A stretch of DNA of 63,415 nucleotides, counting the filler, from Stramenopiles sp. TOSAG23-2 (lineage: Eukaryota): NCBI GenBank assembly GCA_900128395.1. It is 9 parts of 9 records of this genome, joined end to end, with 100 filler letters (N's around TTAATTAATTAA, not from the genome) between each part and the next. Parts side by side here need not be neighbours in the genome. Positions count along the whole stretch, not along the records: positions 22,915 to 34,250 come from LT649941.1; positions 34,351 to 45,686 come from LT649942.1; 7 more parts are not named here. The stretch is one strand, 5' to 3'. Below the pieces are notes generated by a model. It was not told the DNA's origin, ran no database searches, and saw only the letters and a program-made list of their open reading frames with translations. Below, piece after piece: positions 23,454-35,316 of the stretch. Each line of letters starts with the position of its first letter. The first letter of the stretch is position 1. The position numbers were made by a program, and so were the translations under genes.

Positions 23454-26400
23454 ATGGAAGATGGGGAACTAAGTGATAATAGGCGTGATAGCTTTGATCG
23501 TCGTGGGAATAATAATCGAGATGGGGATAGAAATCATCCACCACAGCATCCGCGTGATGGTGGTGGACGATGGCCTGCAAGAGATAATAGGCGCGATCGG
23601 TACGATAACAGAAATCGCAATCCTAATCCAAGAGATTCCTTTCATAGACGTGATAGTTTTGATCGTCGTGGAAATAATAACAATAGTAATAATAATAGTT
23701 TTAACAACTCCAGGTTTGACCGTGGTCCACCTGCAGGACATAATAATATGGGACCGAATGAATTTAGACGTTCCTTCAGTGATCAACAACCACGCCAACA
23801 CGGTAATGGTCCCCGTGGGCAATCTGGACCACCATCACAAAAGCCAATGCCAGCAAATCGTATGATGCCACGAGGTGTTAGCCGCAAGCAATCCTGGGGG
23901 CATAATAACAATAGTAATAATAATGATAATGGCCCTACACCACCACCACCACATAATAACTCCCTTCGACGTGTTACAAGTGAACCATGGGGTGGGAATA
24001 GTAACAACAACAACAGCAGCAACAATAATAATAATAATAATAATAGGAATCCAAATGTATTACCGCCACCGCCACCACCACCAAAACCACCACCAAAACC
24101 ACCACCACCTTCAAATAAACCACCACCACCACCACCTTTGTCAAGACCACCACAACAAAATGTACGACGTTTAAACAATAATAACCTTAGTTTTACAAGA
24201 CCAAGTCAAATTCCTATTGGCTCCCCAACTTCGTTTGGTAGCATACGCCATCATTCTTCCATGATGCGAGTAACGACTCCAAGACTGGAACCACCACCAT
24301 CACCAATGGTTGCCGCTGATAAAGAGAAGAAAGAGAAATTATTGAAAATCATGGATGCATTAGATTTAGCTGTGAATAGGGCAGAATCAAATTTAGACGC
24401 TTTGCAAATGAAAAAAGAGGAAATGGAAAAAGAACTAAATGTGAAAGCAGTGGAAGATACAGATGCAACAATGAAAGTTATGGATCAAAGCAATCAAGAA
24501 AGTGGTGAACAAACTGCAGAAGAGCAACAAGCAGCATTAAGTATGGAAATAGCGAAAAAAATAAAGGCACATCGTAAGAAAATTTTGAAAAAAGTTATGC
24601 CTATTGGTGATATTGTGGAAACTGTGAAGGAAGCAAATAGGATGCGTGCATTTGCTGCTAGAGTTGGTTTAATGAAAATTTCAATGACCCCTGGTCCTGG
24701 TGTACCAAATAAAGAATATTTAGTCGGCGGTCCACATATACCAAATGAAATGACGTATGAAGATTTATTAGATACGAATGATGTTCCATTGTATCAAAGC
24801 CCGATGGAAACACCACAATGGGCATATAATGAAGCACGCCATAATCAAATTTTTTCATATGTTTTAAGTGCAGTTGCTACACGCAGAGCTGGGGTTGCAT
24901 ACCATGGCCGTGCCATGCGAAATACATATAATACTGCGTTGGAAAAATGGAGAAAACGCGTGAAAATGATTGAGGACGAGGAAAGATTGAAACAGATGGC
25001 AAAAACTGGACAATTGCCACCACCACATATGATGATGGCGGCAACGAATGGTAATAATAGTAATAATCTTAACAATAATACTAATAATAATATAAACAAT
25101 AATAACAATAGCGATAGCAACGGTAATAGTAACAACAATAACAATAGTGCTGCTTCATTTGGAAATTCATCAATGCCACCACCATTAACACCAGGTGGAA
25201 GCTTAGCAAAAACAACTCGTTTAACGCGAAACACGTCCGCAGACATTGTCAACTCAGAAGCAGAAGTGTTGCAAAAAATTAAAGAGTTAGAAGAGGAGGA
25301 AATGAGAAAAGAACAATTCCGTAAAACATTAGCAGAAATTCCACCAATGATTTTTGATAGGAGGGATAGACGTTCGAAAATGATGCTTGCTAATATGAAT
25401 GGTTTAGTGCATGATGTGATACAAGATGAAAGACAACAACGTTTGAAAAATCCATGGAGTGATGTAGAAAAACTTATTTTCTTAGAAAAGTTTTTACAGT
25501 TTCCAAAAGAATTTTGGAAAATTGCAAAATATTTGAAAAACAAGTCCACAAACGATGTTGTAGCATTTTATTATAATACAAAGCATCAAATGGATTATAA
25601 AAGCTATTTGAAGCAACATATGGGTATCCGAGCAAGGCAACGCGCTGGGAAAGATGTGGATGGCGATGAGACTAGATATGGGCCATTGTCATTGGATAAA
25701 ATTGGAAAGCCACCGCCAAAGAAGGAACCGGAAAAAATTGGAGGTGGAAGGTGGCCTAAGAAGAAACCTCAACCATCACCAAGTGGTAAAAAGAAAGATG
25801 GATCGTCAAATTTATCAAAAGCTGAAATAGATGCCAAATTACTGAAGGAACGCATGCAGGTTCAACCAGAATTGTTATGTTCAAGTGTATGGGCATTGAT
25901 ACGGGAAATGGCGTCAAAATTGGGGATTAAAATTCCAGCATATGGTTCAAACCCAATTATAAGTGGTGGGGGCAGCGAAGGGGAAAAATCATCTTGTTTA
26001 TCCTTGGGCGAATTGGCATTAGATTCTAGTTATTCTGAATGGCCTGAGGACCATTGGTCCAGATTCATGCCAATACCATATGATTTCACGCAGCAACCAT
26101 TAGCAAATGAGCGATTTAAAGAAGAGCCAAGATGGGCTGATTGTAAATGGGTACGATTAGAAACCAATCCTGCCTATGATCAACCGACTGATTATTACCA
26201 ATATCGCCTAGTTGCTGCCGCACGTTCTTGTGTAAAGCCAAATAATCGTCCAATGTCAAATGTCATGCAAACATTAGCAATGGTAAACGTTCGTTGGAAA
26301 GGGCAGATGGAGGAAAGTATCAAAGCAAGGAGGAAAGAATTAAATCGCCGTAGAATTGAAATTTTAAAACGTGCACATAATATGCGTCAATCAAATAATC

Positions 26401-27521
26401 GTCGGAGTCAATTAGGAAAGCGTGGTCGTGGCCGTGGCCGTGGAAGAGGACGAGGTCGTAAACCTGCAAAGAAATTAAAGAAAAAAGGCAAAGGAAAGAA
26501 AGCAAAACCAGGTAAGAAAAAGAAGCGATTGAAGCCAGGTCCAAAGCCGAAGAAAAAGATACCAGAGAAGCCAGCGAAAAAAAAGAGAAAATATAAAAAG
26601 CGTAAGAAACCAAAAGAAGAAGACGAGGAAGAAGAGGAGGATGATGACGAAGAAGATTCAGATGAGGAAAGTGATAGTGATTCAGATTCAGATTCTGATT
26701 CAGATTCAGATGACGATGAAAATTCACGTAAGAAGAAAAAAGCTAAGAAAGATACATTTGTAATTGATAAAAAACTTGTAATCAAAGGACCTGCAAGTAA
26801 TAAATGGGCCCAGGAAGAGAAAGAAATGTTTTTGGTGCATTTGCGTTCATTTGGGAAGGATTGGCCACGTATTCAAACGTACATTCAAACAAAAACACAT
26901 GCACAAATACGTAACTTTTATCAAAATTACAAATACAAATTAGATTTACCTGGAATTTTACAACAGCGTGAAAATGATATTGCAAAGAAAAAGAAGAAAG
27001 AAGAAAAGGAAGCAAAGAAAGGAAAGCGAAAGCATAAAGAAATGTTGAAAGAGCAAAAACGATTGAAAAAATTGCAAAAACAACAAGAGCTGGAGCAACG
27101 TAGACAGGAAGAAGATGAACGGAGAGAAAAATTAAAAGCAAAAAGACAACGTGCTAATGAACTCGCGGAAGAAGGAACACCAGATGATAAAGAAAAGAAT
27201 GGAACAAGTAGCAAATCTTCAACTGGTAGGCGTGTAGGCAGACCATCCGGTAGTGGAATCAATGGACCACGCCCTAGTTCAATCAATGCAAAATCCATTA
27301 GCGCTAATAGTAGTACTGGATTAACTTTAAGCGGTAGCCAAAGTCCTGGTAGTCCATTGGGTGCAACACCGCGTGCATTAAAAGAAGTACGACGTTTATT
27401 TCATACTGGGCGTATCACACCAAAGACCAGCCCAGATGGTGACAGTGTTCCAGGTATTCGTAATACTATTGGTAGTGAAGTGAAAGGTGGTGGTAGTAGT
27501 TTAAATCCAAATAAGAAGTAA
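23454..27521 (+). CDS. NCoR/Snt1-like double-SANT corepressor protein
   Basis: SANT1 NPWSDVEKLIFLEKFLQFPKEFWKIAKYLKNKSTNDVVAFYY; SANT2 KWAQEEKEMF...GKDWPRIQTYIQTKTHAQIRNFYQN. Confidence 0.88.
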   Translation: MEDGELSDNRRDSFDRRGNNNRDGDRNHPPQHPRDGGGRWPARDNRRDRYDNRNRNPNPRDSFHRRDSFDRRGNNNNSNNNSFNNSRFDRGPPAGHNNMGPNEFRRSFSDQQPRQHGNGPRGQSGPPSQKPMPANRMMPRGVSRKQSWGHNNNSNNNDNGPTPPPPHNNSLRRVTSEPWGGNSNNNNSSNNNNNNNNRNPNVLPPPPPPPKPPPKPPPPSNKPPPPPPLSRPPQQNVRRLNNNNLSFTRPSQIPIGSPTSFGSIRHHSSMMRVTTPRLEPPPSPMVAADKEKKEKLLKIMDALDLAVNRAESNLDALQMKKEEMEKELNVKAVEDTDATMKVMDQSNQESGEQTAEEQQAALSMEIAKKIKAHRKKILKKVMPIGDIVETVKEANRMRAFAARVGLMKISMTPGPGVPNKEYLVGGPHIPNEMTYEDLLDTNDVPLYQSPMETPQWAYNEARHNQIFSYVLSAVATRRAGVAYHGRAMRNTYNTALEKWRKRVKMIEDEERLKQMAKTGQLPPPHMMMAATNGNNSNNLNNNTNNNINNNNNSDSNGNSNNNNNSAASFGNSSMPPPLTPGGSLAKTTRLTRNTSADIVNSEAEVLQKIKELEEEEMRKEQFRKTLAEIPPMIFDRRDRRSKMMLANMNGLVHDVIQDERQQRLKNPWSDVEKLIFLEKFLQFPKEFWKIAKYLKNKSTNDVVAFYYNTKHQMDYKSYLKQHMGIRARQRAGKDVDGDETRYGPLSLDKIGKPPPKKEPEKIGGGRWPKKKPQPSPSGKKKDGSSNLSKAEIDAKLLKERMQVQPELLCSSVWALIREMASKLGIKIPAYGSNPIISGGGSEGEKSSCLSLGELALDSSYSEWPEDHWSRFMPIPYDFTQQPLANERFKEEPRWADCKWVRLETNPAYDQPTDYYQYRLVAAARSCVKPNNRPMSNVMQTLAMVNVRWKGQMEESIKARRKELNRRRIEILKRAHNMRQSNNRRSQLGKRGRGRGRGRGRGRKPAKKLKKKGKGKKAKPGKKKKRLKPGPKPKKKIPEKPAKKKRKYKKRKKPKEEDEEEEEDDDEEDSDEESDSDSDSDSDSDSDDDENSRKKKKAKKDTFVIDKKLVIKGPASNKWAQEEKEMFLVHLRSFGKDWPRIQTYIQTKTHAQIRNFYQNYKYKLDLPGILQQRENDIAKKKKKEEKEAKKGKRKHKEMLKEQKRLKKLQKQQELEQRRQEEDERREKLKAKRQRANELAEEGTPDDKEKNGTSSKSSTGRRVGRPSGSGINGPRPSSINAKSISANSSTGLTLSGSQSPGSPLGATPRALKEVRRLFHTGRITPKTSPDGDSVPGIRNTIGSEVKGGGSSLNPNKK

Positions 27522-27813
27522 AAAAAAATACGAAAGTAGTAGTATAATTTTTCATTTTATACCTGTATTATTATGTATGTAGTATATTTAATAATAATAC
27601 CACTTAGTATATAGCTATATTTAGTACAGTATTGCACTATTATTATACAATAAATAATACATACAAATAAAAAATATAATCATCATGGTAAATATAGATA
27701 TATATATATATATACATGTATATATAAGAATATACACAACAATCAGAACCAACATCTCCGTTACTTCCTGTTTTCATTTGTAAGATATCTATTAGAAAAA
27801 TAGAAATATTGCA

Positions 27814-28761
27814 ATGTTCAAGGTAAATAGAAAGAATAATAGCAATAATAATAAAAATAATAATCATAAAAGATGGCAGAATAATAATGTATTTTTATTA
27901 TTATGTGTATTTTTTATGTTAAATGTAATAAATATTCATGGAAAACGTAAAAAAAATAACAGACGGGATAGAAATAATATGGATGATGATGGGCCGACGC
28001 TAATAGCGGGTACATATTGTGCCTCGCAACGACAATTTAAGTTTGACCCTGTACCACCTGTATTGAAGGCAAAGAAAGCACCAAAGGAAACTACGATGTC
28101 ATTTTGTACACAATTTAAATTCAATACTTGTTGTAATCGAACACATACAGATTTTGCATTGTTACGTGATAGACAAGTTGCTGCAGCTAGAATGAATGGC
28201 GAATGTAGGAGGCAGACAGAGTATGTGCATTGCTCGCATTGTCATCCGGAGGTAGGCACGAAGAAAATCAAGGGTATATGTAAATCATTATGCAATAACT
28301 GGTACAAAGCATGCAGTATTGAATTTTTTAGTGGTGGTAGTCTTTCTGCTTTAACGCCATGTATGGATACCTCTTTAATCTGCTCTCGATTAGATAATAT
28401 TGTTTCTAATGGGGAAGACTTTTGTAAACGTATGGGATACGTAGTTTTTGAGGATGATAATAAAAATGGAGAGAGATGTTACGATGGATCTGTACCACAA
28501 ACTATTGGTGTCCCTGATCCATCAGAAATCAAAAGTGTATTTGAAAGATATCATACCAATTATGATCAAAAATATTCTAAATATATTTTTGCTATTGCAT
28601 GGAGTGTTGTTGTAATATTTGCCAGTGGATTTATTTATAATAAATTTATTGTTAAAGATGATGATGATGATTTTTTAAATATGAATGATGATTTTTCATC
28701 ACCAATAAAAGGAGTGGCAACAACAACAGGATCTACAACAATATCATCTAGTAATAAATAA
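27814..28761 (+). CDS. Folate-receptor-like cysteine-rich membrane protein
   Basis: FCTQFKFNTCCN, CSHCHP, ICKSLCNNWYKAC motifs; N-terminal hydrophobic segment and C-terminal TM. Confidence 0.8.
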   Translation: MFKVNRKNNSNNNKNNNHKRWQNNNVFLLLCVFFMLNVINIHGKRKKNNRRDRNNMDDDGPTLIAGTYCASQRQFKFDPVPPVLKAKKAPKETTMSFCTQFKFNTCCNRTHTDFALLRDRQVAAARMNGECRRQTEYVHCSHCHPEVGTKKIKGICKSLCNNWYKACSIEFFSGGSLSALTPCMDTSLICSRLDNIVSNGEDFCKRMGYVVFEDDNKNGERCYDGSVPQTIGVPDPSEIKSVFERYHTNYDQKYSKYIFAIAWSVVVIFASGFIYNKFIVKDDDDDFLNMNDDFSSPIKGVATTTGSTTISSSNK

Positions 28762-29381
28762 TGTGTACGAAGGAGTAGTAAGAGGAGAGTGTATGTGTTT
28801 TTGTGTTAAAAATTAAATTCGTACACTCGGTAAAATATATATATATATTCATTAATAGAGATATTTACCTCCTCGGTAATTCCTGTTATCGACACATATT
28901 GTGAGATACGTTCGTACGTACGAAACGTATTTTAAATATGTCAGCTTTTCGTTAAGTTCTTCTTTTGAGAGTAGTATAGGAATTATCACGAGTAGAAACA
29001 AAAAATTAAGACACGCATCATGTGCAGATATATATATACGCTTCTTCGTAGGATATGTACTTCATACGGAGAGTAAATTAATACAGTAATGAATATTATA
29101 TTTTTTTTAAAATAACAAATTCATTTTTTTTATCTTAGCTAATTCTTTAATATTCTTTCGAATGAAAATTTTAATATTTTTTAAAAAATACATGTACACT
29201 CATCTAACATGTGTTAACAATGCAATATTATTTTGTTCAGAAAAATACTACTAACCCTAAACAATTACATTATCATACATACACATGTATCTAAACGTCG
29301 AACATATCCATAACCATAGAAAAATATTTCAACCTTTCCTTTTAAAAACATTCATAACAATCTAATACTATTATAAAAACA

Positions 29382-29445
29382 GCAATTCGCATATCAGCCA
29401 TTACTATACCCTGAAGGTTTCGATAGTAAAGCTTCATTCGCGTGC
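29382..29445 (-). promoter_or_regulatory. SECIS element (type II-like) in the 3' UTR of the PDI-like selenoprotein
   Basis: Minus strand gcacgcga-ATGAA-GCTTTACTAT-cgAAAccttcagggt-ATAGTAATGGC-TGAT-atgcgaattgc: AUGA/GA core, ~10-bp helix II, apical AAA. Confidence 0.88.
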
Positions 29446-29761
29446 GCTTTTCCCGGTGATGCTTGGGAAAATTATAATTATAATATATGTATTAATCTAT
29501 TATCAATGATAAAGTTTAACCATCAATATACGCCAATAAATACATACATACATATATATATGATTCATAAAGTATAATACTATATATACTATACTTCATG
29601 AACCAAAAAAATATATCATATTCATATATATATATATGTATTTTCTTGTTGTAACATATTGATAGTAAAAAAGGTAACTCAACACTATATTGTTGACTTA
29701 TCAAAAACCTACATTTAGCAACCGACAAAATGAATGATGAAAAATTACTAACCAATATGAT

Positions 29762-30412
29762 TTACAAATCAGATTTCTCGCCTCCTAATTTAATGGATTT
29801 AAGCATACCTAATGGTTTTTTGTGTTCTTTAATACCAGAATCACGTTCTTCTTGGTTTTTTTCATATGTTGCTTGAAGTTCTTTTAATGCTTCATCAAAA
29901 TCATCGTTCAATTTTTTAATTGCATCTTCATGCTGTTTGATTTCTGCTTTAAGCTCTTCTGGTTTTGCATACCATTCTTTCATGAAAGTGATTTGTTCTT
30001 CACTGCACAAATCTTCATTGTCTGGGTATGTGCATGATGGTCCTAAGTTTTCATCTGCAAATTCTTTCATTGCGTCATAATCGCGGCCACCTTCGTAGTC
30101 ACTCCATTCACCGTTTACGTAGTATTTAACGGTTGGGTATCCTTTAACGCCATGCTCACTGCAAAGTCCTTGATGTACAGTGCAGTCAACATCTCCGATA
30201 ACAACGGTCTTGGAATCTTTAAAAGCATCACCTAATTGGTCCCAAGCTGGTTTCATACGTTTACAGTGACCTCACCAAGGAGCAAGGAACTTAACAAAAG
30301 CTCCTTTACCTGAGGAAGTGATTTCACTATCAAAGTTATCCGGGTTCAAATCAACTGCACCGGCATTAGCAGTAGCAGCAATAGCTGCGATAATTAATAA
30401 AGTACGTAACAT
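29762..30412 (-). CDS. PDI-like thioredoxin-fold selenoprotein (UGHC active site), 216 aa, ER-targeted
   Basis: ATG 30412, signal peptide MLRTLLIIAAIAATANA, FVKFLAPW-TGA(30272-30274)-GHCKRMKPAW in frame with the listed 164-aa ORF; C-terminal KSDL; SECIS downstream. Confidence 0.93.
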
Positions 30413-30790
30413 TATTTCTTTAATAAAATTCTTATTATTCTATAGATAACAATAATATAAAAATATATATGTGTGATATATATGTTCTATATTGTATATA
30501 CGTTGCGACGGACGTTCATCCATACCATCTCCATCTTATACATTTTTCTAACAAGAAGATTTACAAGTTGTTGGTAATGGTATTTACCTGCTAATTTGAT
30601 GAAGATTAAAAACAAACTCATCCTCGTGTTTTAGATAGTATACCGAATGAAAAAACTACCTTGGATCCAACGACATCGTTTTCCTCGTTTAATATAGAAA
30701 TAGCATTATCAGATATTGTTGTAAGTTTGCAAACTCACGTCCACACAATTCGCTAAAACCGTGTAATCTGGTAATCCGCCGCGTGTCAAT

Positions 30791-31110
30791 TCTAACACAC
30801 AACTATGAAACATTTTGACGCTTGTATCCCTTGCTGTGTCAATGCTATTAATTAGCAGATACATAGCAACGGATATCCATCATGTGAGTGCTATCTCGAT
30901 ACTATTGTATTAGCAGGTGCATAGTGGGGGGAATCTATATAAAATCATTTTTGCCTTTTGATAGGAAGCTTATACTTGTTAGTGATCAATTATTTCTATA
31001 TAAATCACGTCCCAATTTTCCATCCATTTTCAATGCTATACACCTGCTAATTAATAGCATTGACACAGCAAGGGATACAAGCGTCAAAATGTTTCATAGT
31101 GTGTGTAAGA
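30791..31110. mobile_element. MITE-like fold-back element with 57-bp perfect inverted repeats
   Basis: 30802-30858 is the reverse complement of 31044-31100; 185-bp spacer. Confidence 0.5.
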
Positions 31111-31599
31111 TTATAGGGAATGAACTGAAATTGGTGCCTTGTTGTTGCCTCTTGTTATGGACTTGTGCTGATGTATTTTGCTTTGTGCTGCGGTGGCCAT
31201 GCTTGCTTTTGCGGGCTTGATTCAGATTTGCTCAAAATATAACATCAAATGCTAGTACAGGTATTATCAAGCACCTATAATATTTATATTGTGCATTGTG
31301 CTAAAACCGAAAGTGCCAAAAAAAGATATTTTGGTGCTTTTTTTGTGAGCTTCTTGCAGCGGTATGGTTGGCAGGGCAGGAGGCGAGCTTTTTGATGGTT
31401 TAGTAGGAAGTAAGGCATGCTGTGTACTGTAACTTCTAGTAATGATAGTCGATCCTTCGACACTTGATATCATAACTATTGTATATGGCTGTTAATACTG
31501 GTATTACAAATGAAGACAGTTGGTGGAGTGCCGTAGGCTGGAAATACCATTGGTATAAAGTAAATGAAAATAAAGAAGGGGAAAGTGATTAGATAAACT

Positions 31600-31639
<40 letters not shown>

Positions 31640-32294
31640 GTGTCCCTTTCTTCTGTTTTCTTCTCTCAAGAAGACTTAAAAATATAACATAATTTTTAGG
31701 TTTGAAAGGGAGGGGGAGGTCTTGAGCAGTAGTATTGATTTCAATACTGCTGTTCGAGGCCACCTTAGCCCAATTTATAATATACTGTAATTTTATAAAT
31801 CGTGGCTTAGGTCGATTAGACTAGGTCTAGAGACTTGGGCCAGGTCCATCACTACAATTCAGCATGGGGATAGGGGGGGGGGTTCAATTCCCAACGAATG
31901 AGGCAAAAATCTTATTTCTTGTGAAAAAAGAACGTGTGAATATCTTACTCCTCCTCCCACATCAAAGTATACGTACTAGTACGATGAAATACACTCCTAT
32001 ATTCAATACTATGTATATATTAACATCATTATTGATAGGGGAAACAAAGAACTATTTCACACAAAAATCATGCACAAATCGCACGTTTCTTCTGCCGTAT
32101 GCCGTAGCCGAATAAAAAAAGATGTAAGACATAGAATAGAAGAATGAATGTGAAGTAGATACAAAATGTAACCTATCCTGTAACAAGTTATTGCAAAATC
32201 ACGAAGAATATTTATATACAAAAACAACAAAATTCCTATTTCATTCATTGATTTATTTATCTATAGTTTTCACTATAAAAAATTTCATAATTAT

Positions 32295-33959
32295 ATGACA
32301 TCCTTTGTAGAAGATTATTTTTTCACATATTTACATGAAAAAAAATATCATTTAAATAATATTATATTACATCCAGATTTATTTACTGGAAATATACATA
32401 CATTGTTATCAACACATTCATTGTTGCAATTATCAATGGTATGTAAAGCGTATTATAACGTAACGCATGTTGATGCAGTGGTATGGACACCCGTTTTATT
32501 AGAAAAATATGGTAAAGTAACACCAATACATAAAATATTCAATAAATTATATCCTTCACCTTTTAATGTTATCAATAAAACAACAGAAGTTTTAGATAAA
32601 TTTCATCCTACACATGTTATTGAAATTGATTTATTATTGAAGCATGGATATGATATTAATGAGGAAGATGTTAATACAGGTAAAACACCTATATATCGTG
32701 CTGCTGAAATGAATTTACCAAATGCCATGCAAATTTTAATGAATCGTGGTGCAAATGTAAATTATATAAATAAAAAAAGAGGAAATTTTAATTTAGCAAT
32801 AGCAGCAACATATCGTGGTGCAATTAATAGTTTAGAATTTTTAATGGAACTTGATTTTAATGGAACTATGAAATCAAAAGATAAATGGGGAAATACATTA
32901 CTTGATGTTGCAATTTATCGTAATAAACAAGATATTGTTGATTTTTTAATTTTAATTGGTAGAAAAAAAGAAATAGATGAAAAAATACTTTTATTTGATA
33001 GAATTAATTTATCGAAGAAGAAGGGAAAAAAAGTAAAAAATGATGAGGAGGAGGAGGAGGATGAAGAAGAAGAAAATGAAGAAGATGAGGAGAAGGAGAA
33101 GAAGGAGGAAGATCATGCTAAAAATAATAATAAAGAAAATCATGAAAAAGAAGATGTTGATGGAAGCAATAATAATAATAATAATAATAGTGATGAAAAT
33201 ATACCTTCCACAAATGTTGAATTAAATTATAATCAAAAAGTACGAAAACATCGTAAACGATCTATTTCAGATAATAACGATAAAGCATTAACCGCATTAT
33301 ATGAAAAAATGAAAGAAAAATATAGTACATCAAAACCATTAGTTAATGCTGCAAAAGATAAAAATTGGGAAGATGTATATATCATGTTAGGATTGGATAA
33401 TATTAATGATAGTTTAGCTGATACATATTTTTATTCACAAAACAAGAAAAAAAGTAGTAATGATGATGATAAAGCAGCATGTGAAAAAAATCGTGGTTAT
33501 GGTAATCATAATATTAATAATCCTAATATACAAAATAAATTTGGTTTAAATAATGATAATTGCGAAGTGGATATACGTTCACAATTTTTTCATATAAATG
33601 ATAAAAATTCATTTGGATTTACAGCTGTACATTATGCAGCGATAACAAATGATATAAATCATTTAATTTTTTGCCATCGTAATGGTGCTAATTTAGGATT
33701 ATTAGGTAATTTTGGGAGAACGCCTACAATGCTTGCATCAATGAATGGACATTATGAACCACTTGAATATTTATTAATATATTCCCCAGAAACTATACAT
33801 ACAAGATATGATCATAGTAAAACTGCTGCTACGTTTGCTACTGGTTTTACAAGTTGTTTAAATTTAATCAATTCATATAAAGGATGTGATTTAGAAACGT
33901 ATCATTCATGGGAAGGATTTGCATATACAGGGTTGGTTATAAATCGTGAGTCGATGTGA
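32295..33959 (+). CDS. Ankyrin-repeat protein with F-box-like N-terminus
   Basis: LLQLSMVCKAYY...VVW; GKTPIYRAA, GNTLLDVA, GFTAVHYAA, GRTPTMLAS. Confidence 0.85.
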   Translation: MTSFVEDYFFTYLHEKKYHLNNIILHPDLFTGNIHTLLSTHSLLQLSMVCKAYYNVTHVDAVVWTPVLLEKYGKVTPIHKIFNKLYPSPFNVINKTTEVLDKFHPTHVIEIDLLLKHGYDINEEDVNTGKTPIYRAAEMNLPNAMQILMNRGANVNYINKKRGNFNLAIAATYRGAINSLEFLMELDFNGTMKSKDKWGNTLLDVAIYRNKQDIVDFLILIGRKKEIDEKILLFDRINLSKKKGKKVKNDEEEEEDEEEENEEDEEKEKKEEDHAKNNNKENHEKEDVDGSNNNNNNNSDENIPSTNVELNYNQKVRKHRKRSISDNNDKALTALYEKMKEKYSTSKPLVNAAKDKNWEDVYIMLGLDNINDSLADTYFYSQNKKKSSNDDDKAACEKNRGYGNHNINNPNIQNKFGLNNDNCEVDIRSQFFHINDKNSFGFTAVHYAAITNDINHLIFCHRNGANLGLLGNFGRTPTMLASMNGHYEPLEYLLIYSPETIHTRYDHSKTAATFATGFTSCLNLINSYKGCDLETYHSWEGFAYTGLVINRESM

Positions 33960-34918
33960 AAAAAATATGATGTGTGCGTGGGCGTGTTTTTGTAGAAGGG
34001 GCGGGTAGTGTACAGTAAAATGTGTAAAAATTTGTTTTTTCATTAAAAATAGACGTATGATATGATATGAATATCTCTTTAGATAAAAATACGAAAAGCG
34101 TAACGTCTTATTTTTTTATAACACACAAACACCACACGTCCCTTTTCTAAACTCCAAACTTCGCATAATTAATTCGATGTACACATACCAGAACTCGTAC
34201 TTCTTCTTAATAGCTCCCTAAAAAAAATAATCCATATCGTACACCACTATNNNNNNNNNNNNNNNNNNNNNNNNNNNNNNNNNNNNNNNNNNNNTTAATT
34301 AATTAANNNNNNNNNNNNNNNNNNNNNNNNNNNNNNNNNNNNNNNNNNNNAAATTCTGCTATCCCTAATTTCTGAAAACGTGAAATGTCAAAATTATTTT
34401 GCCATTTGATAGGAAAAATGGTATACTAGTGGAGACTAACTTTAAAAAGGTATTTTCAATGTTTTTCCTTTGTTTTCATGTAATGAAATGAAAAATCCAT
34501 CATCATAACAAGGAATTATAAGAATTTAGGTTGAAAATGTTGAAAATGATGAAATTTTAATGAAAATATGCGAGTTTTAATGGTATGTAGTTATAAACAC
34601 GTGATTAAGGTTTTCAGCATGCTTTTTGAACAACAAAGGTTCCAAAACCATCTAATACTAATTATAGATTTTAGCAGATGATAGATGAAGTGCCCACCTG
34701 CCCACATTACAAACAACTGTATTAAAAAAATAACATCTATAAAACAACTAAGACAACAATGATGTAAAAACGATTAAATGTAAAATCAATCGTTCTGTCA
34801 ATTTCTTTTTAAATTGTTCTATATATTATTTGCTAATTCGATTAACGGTCCATTTCATATTGCCATTTTTTTTTGTATAAGAATATATATATATATCCCA
34901 CTGGTAAGAATCAAAAAC

Positions 34919-35314
34919 ATGGAAACATCACATCGTCATCATGAAAAACATAAAACGCATCCAGTAAAATTTAGTATTATACAATTTACAGGAGAGGAAA
35001 GTGGATATCCAGTCACGGAGCTTCAATATTATACGGATAATACAAAAGGATGGTTATCACCAAGATTTTGCGATTATCCTCAAGAAATGGTATTACAATT
35101 TCATCATCATTGCCGTATGAGTTCAATACAAGTTTTATCACATGAGTCAAAAATTGCAAATAAAATTGAAATATTCATTTCCGATGGTAGAAATGCAGAC
35201 CCGGATACATTAGAATGGACTCGTTTAGGATTTTTTACGCTTGGCGATAACGAAGATACAAAATGGCAAGCTCGTGAATTGAAAACGGTTGATGTTGCTG
35301 GACAATTACGATAA
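34919..35314 (+). CDS. CEP104-like N-terminal jelly-roll domain, truncated
   Basis: GWLSPRFCDYPQEMVL, VLSHESKIANKIEIF, RLGFFTL, QARELKTV; premature stop. Confidence 0.75.
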   Translation: METSHRHHEKHKTHPVKFSIIQFTGEESGYPVTELQYYTDNTKGWLSPRFCDYPQEMVLQFHHHCRMSSIQVLSHESKIANKIEIFISDGRNADPDTLEWTRLGFFTLGDNEDTKWQARELKTVDVAGQLR

Positions 35315-35316
35315 AT

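Noticed and set aside
23377..27298. Many antisense and alternate-frame ORFs over low-complexity genes (also 9140-10113 and 48909-50114)
   Set aside because: Shadow ORFs of real genes with no independent homology
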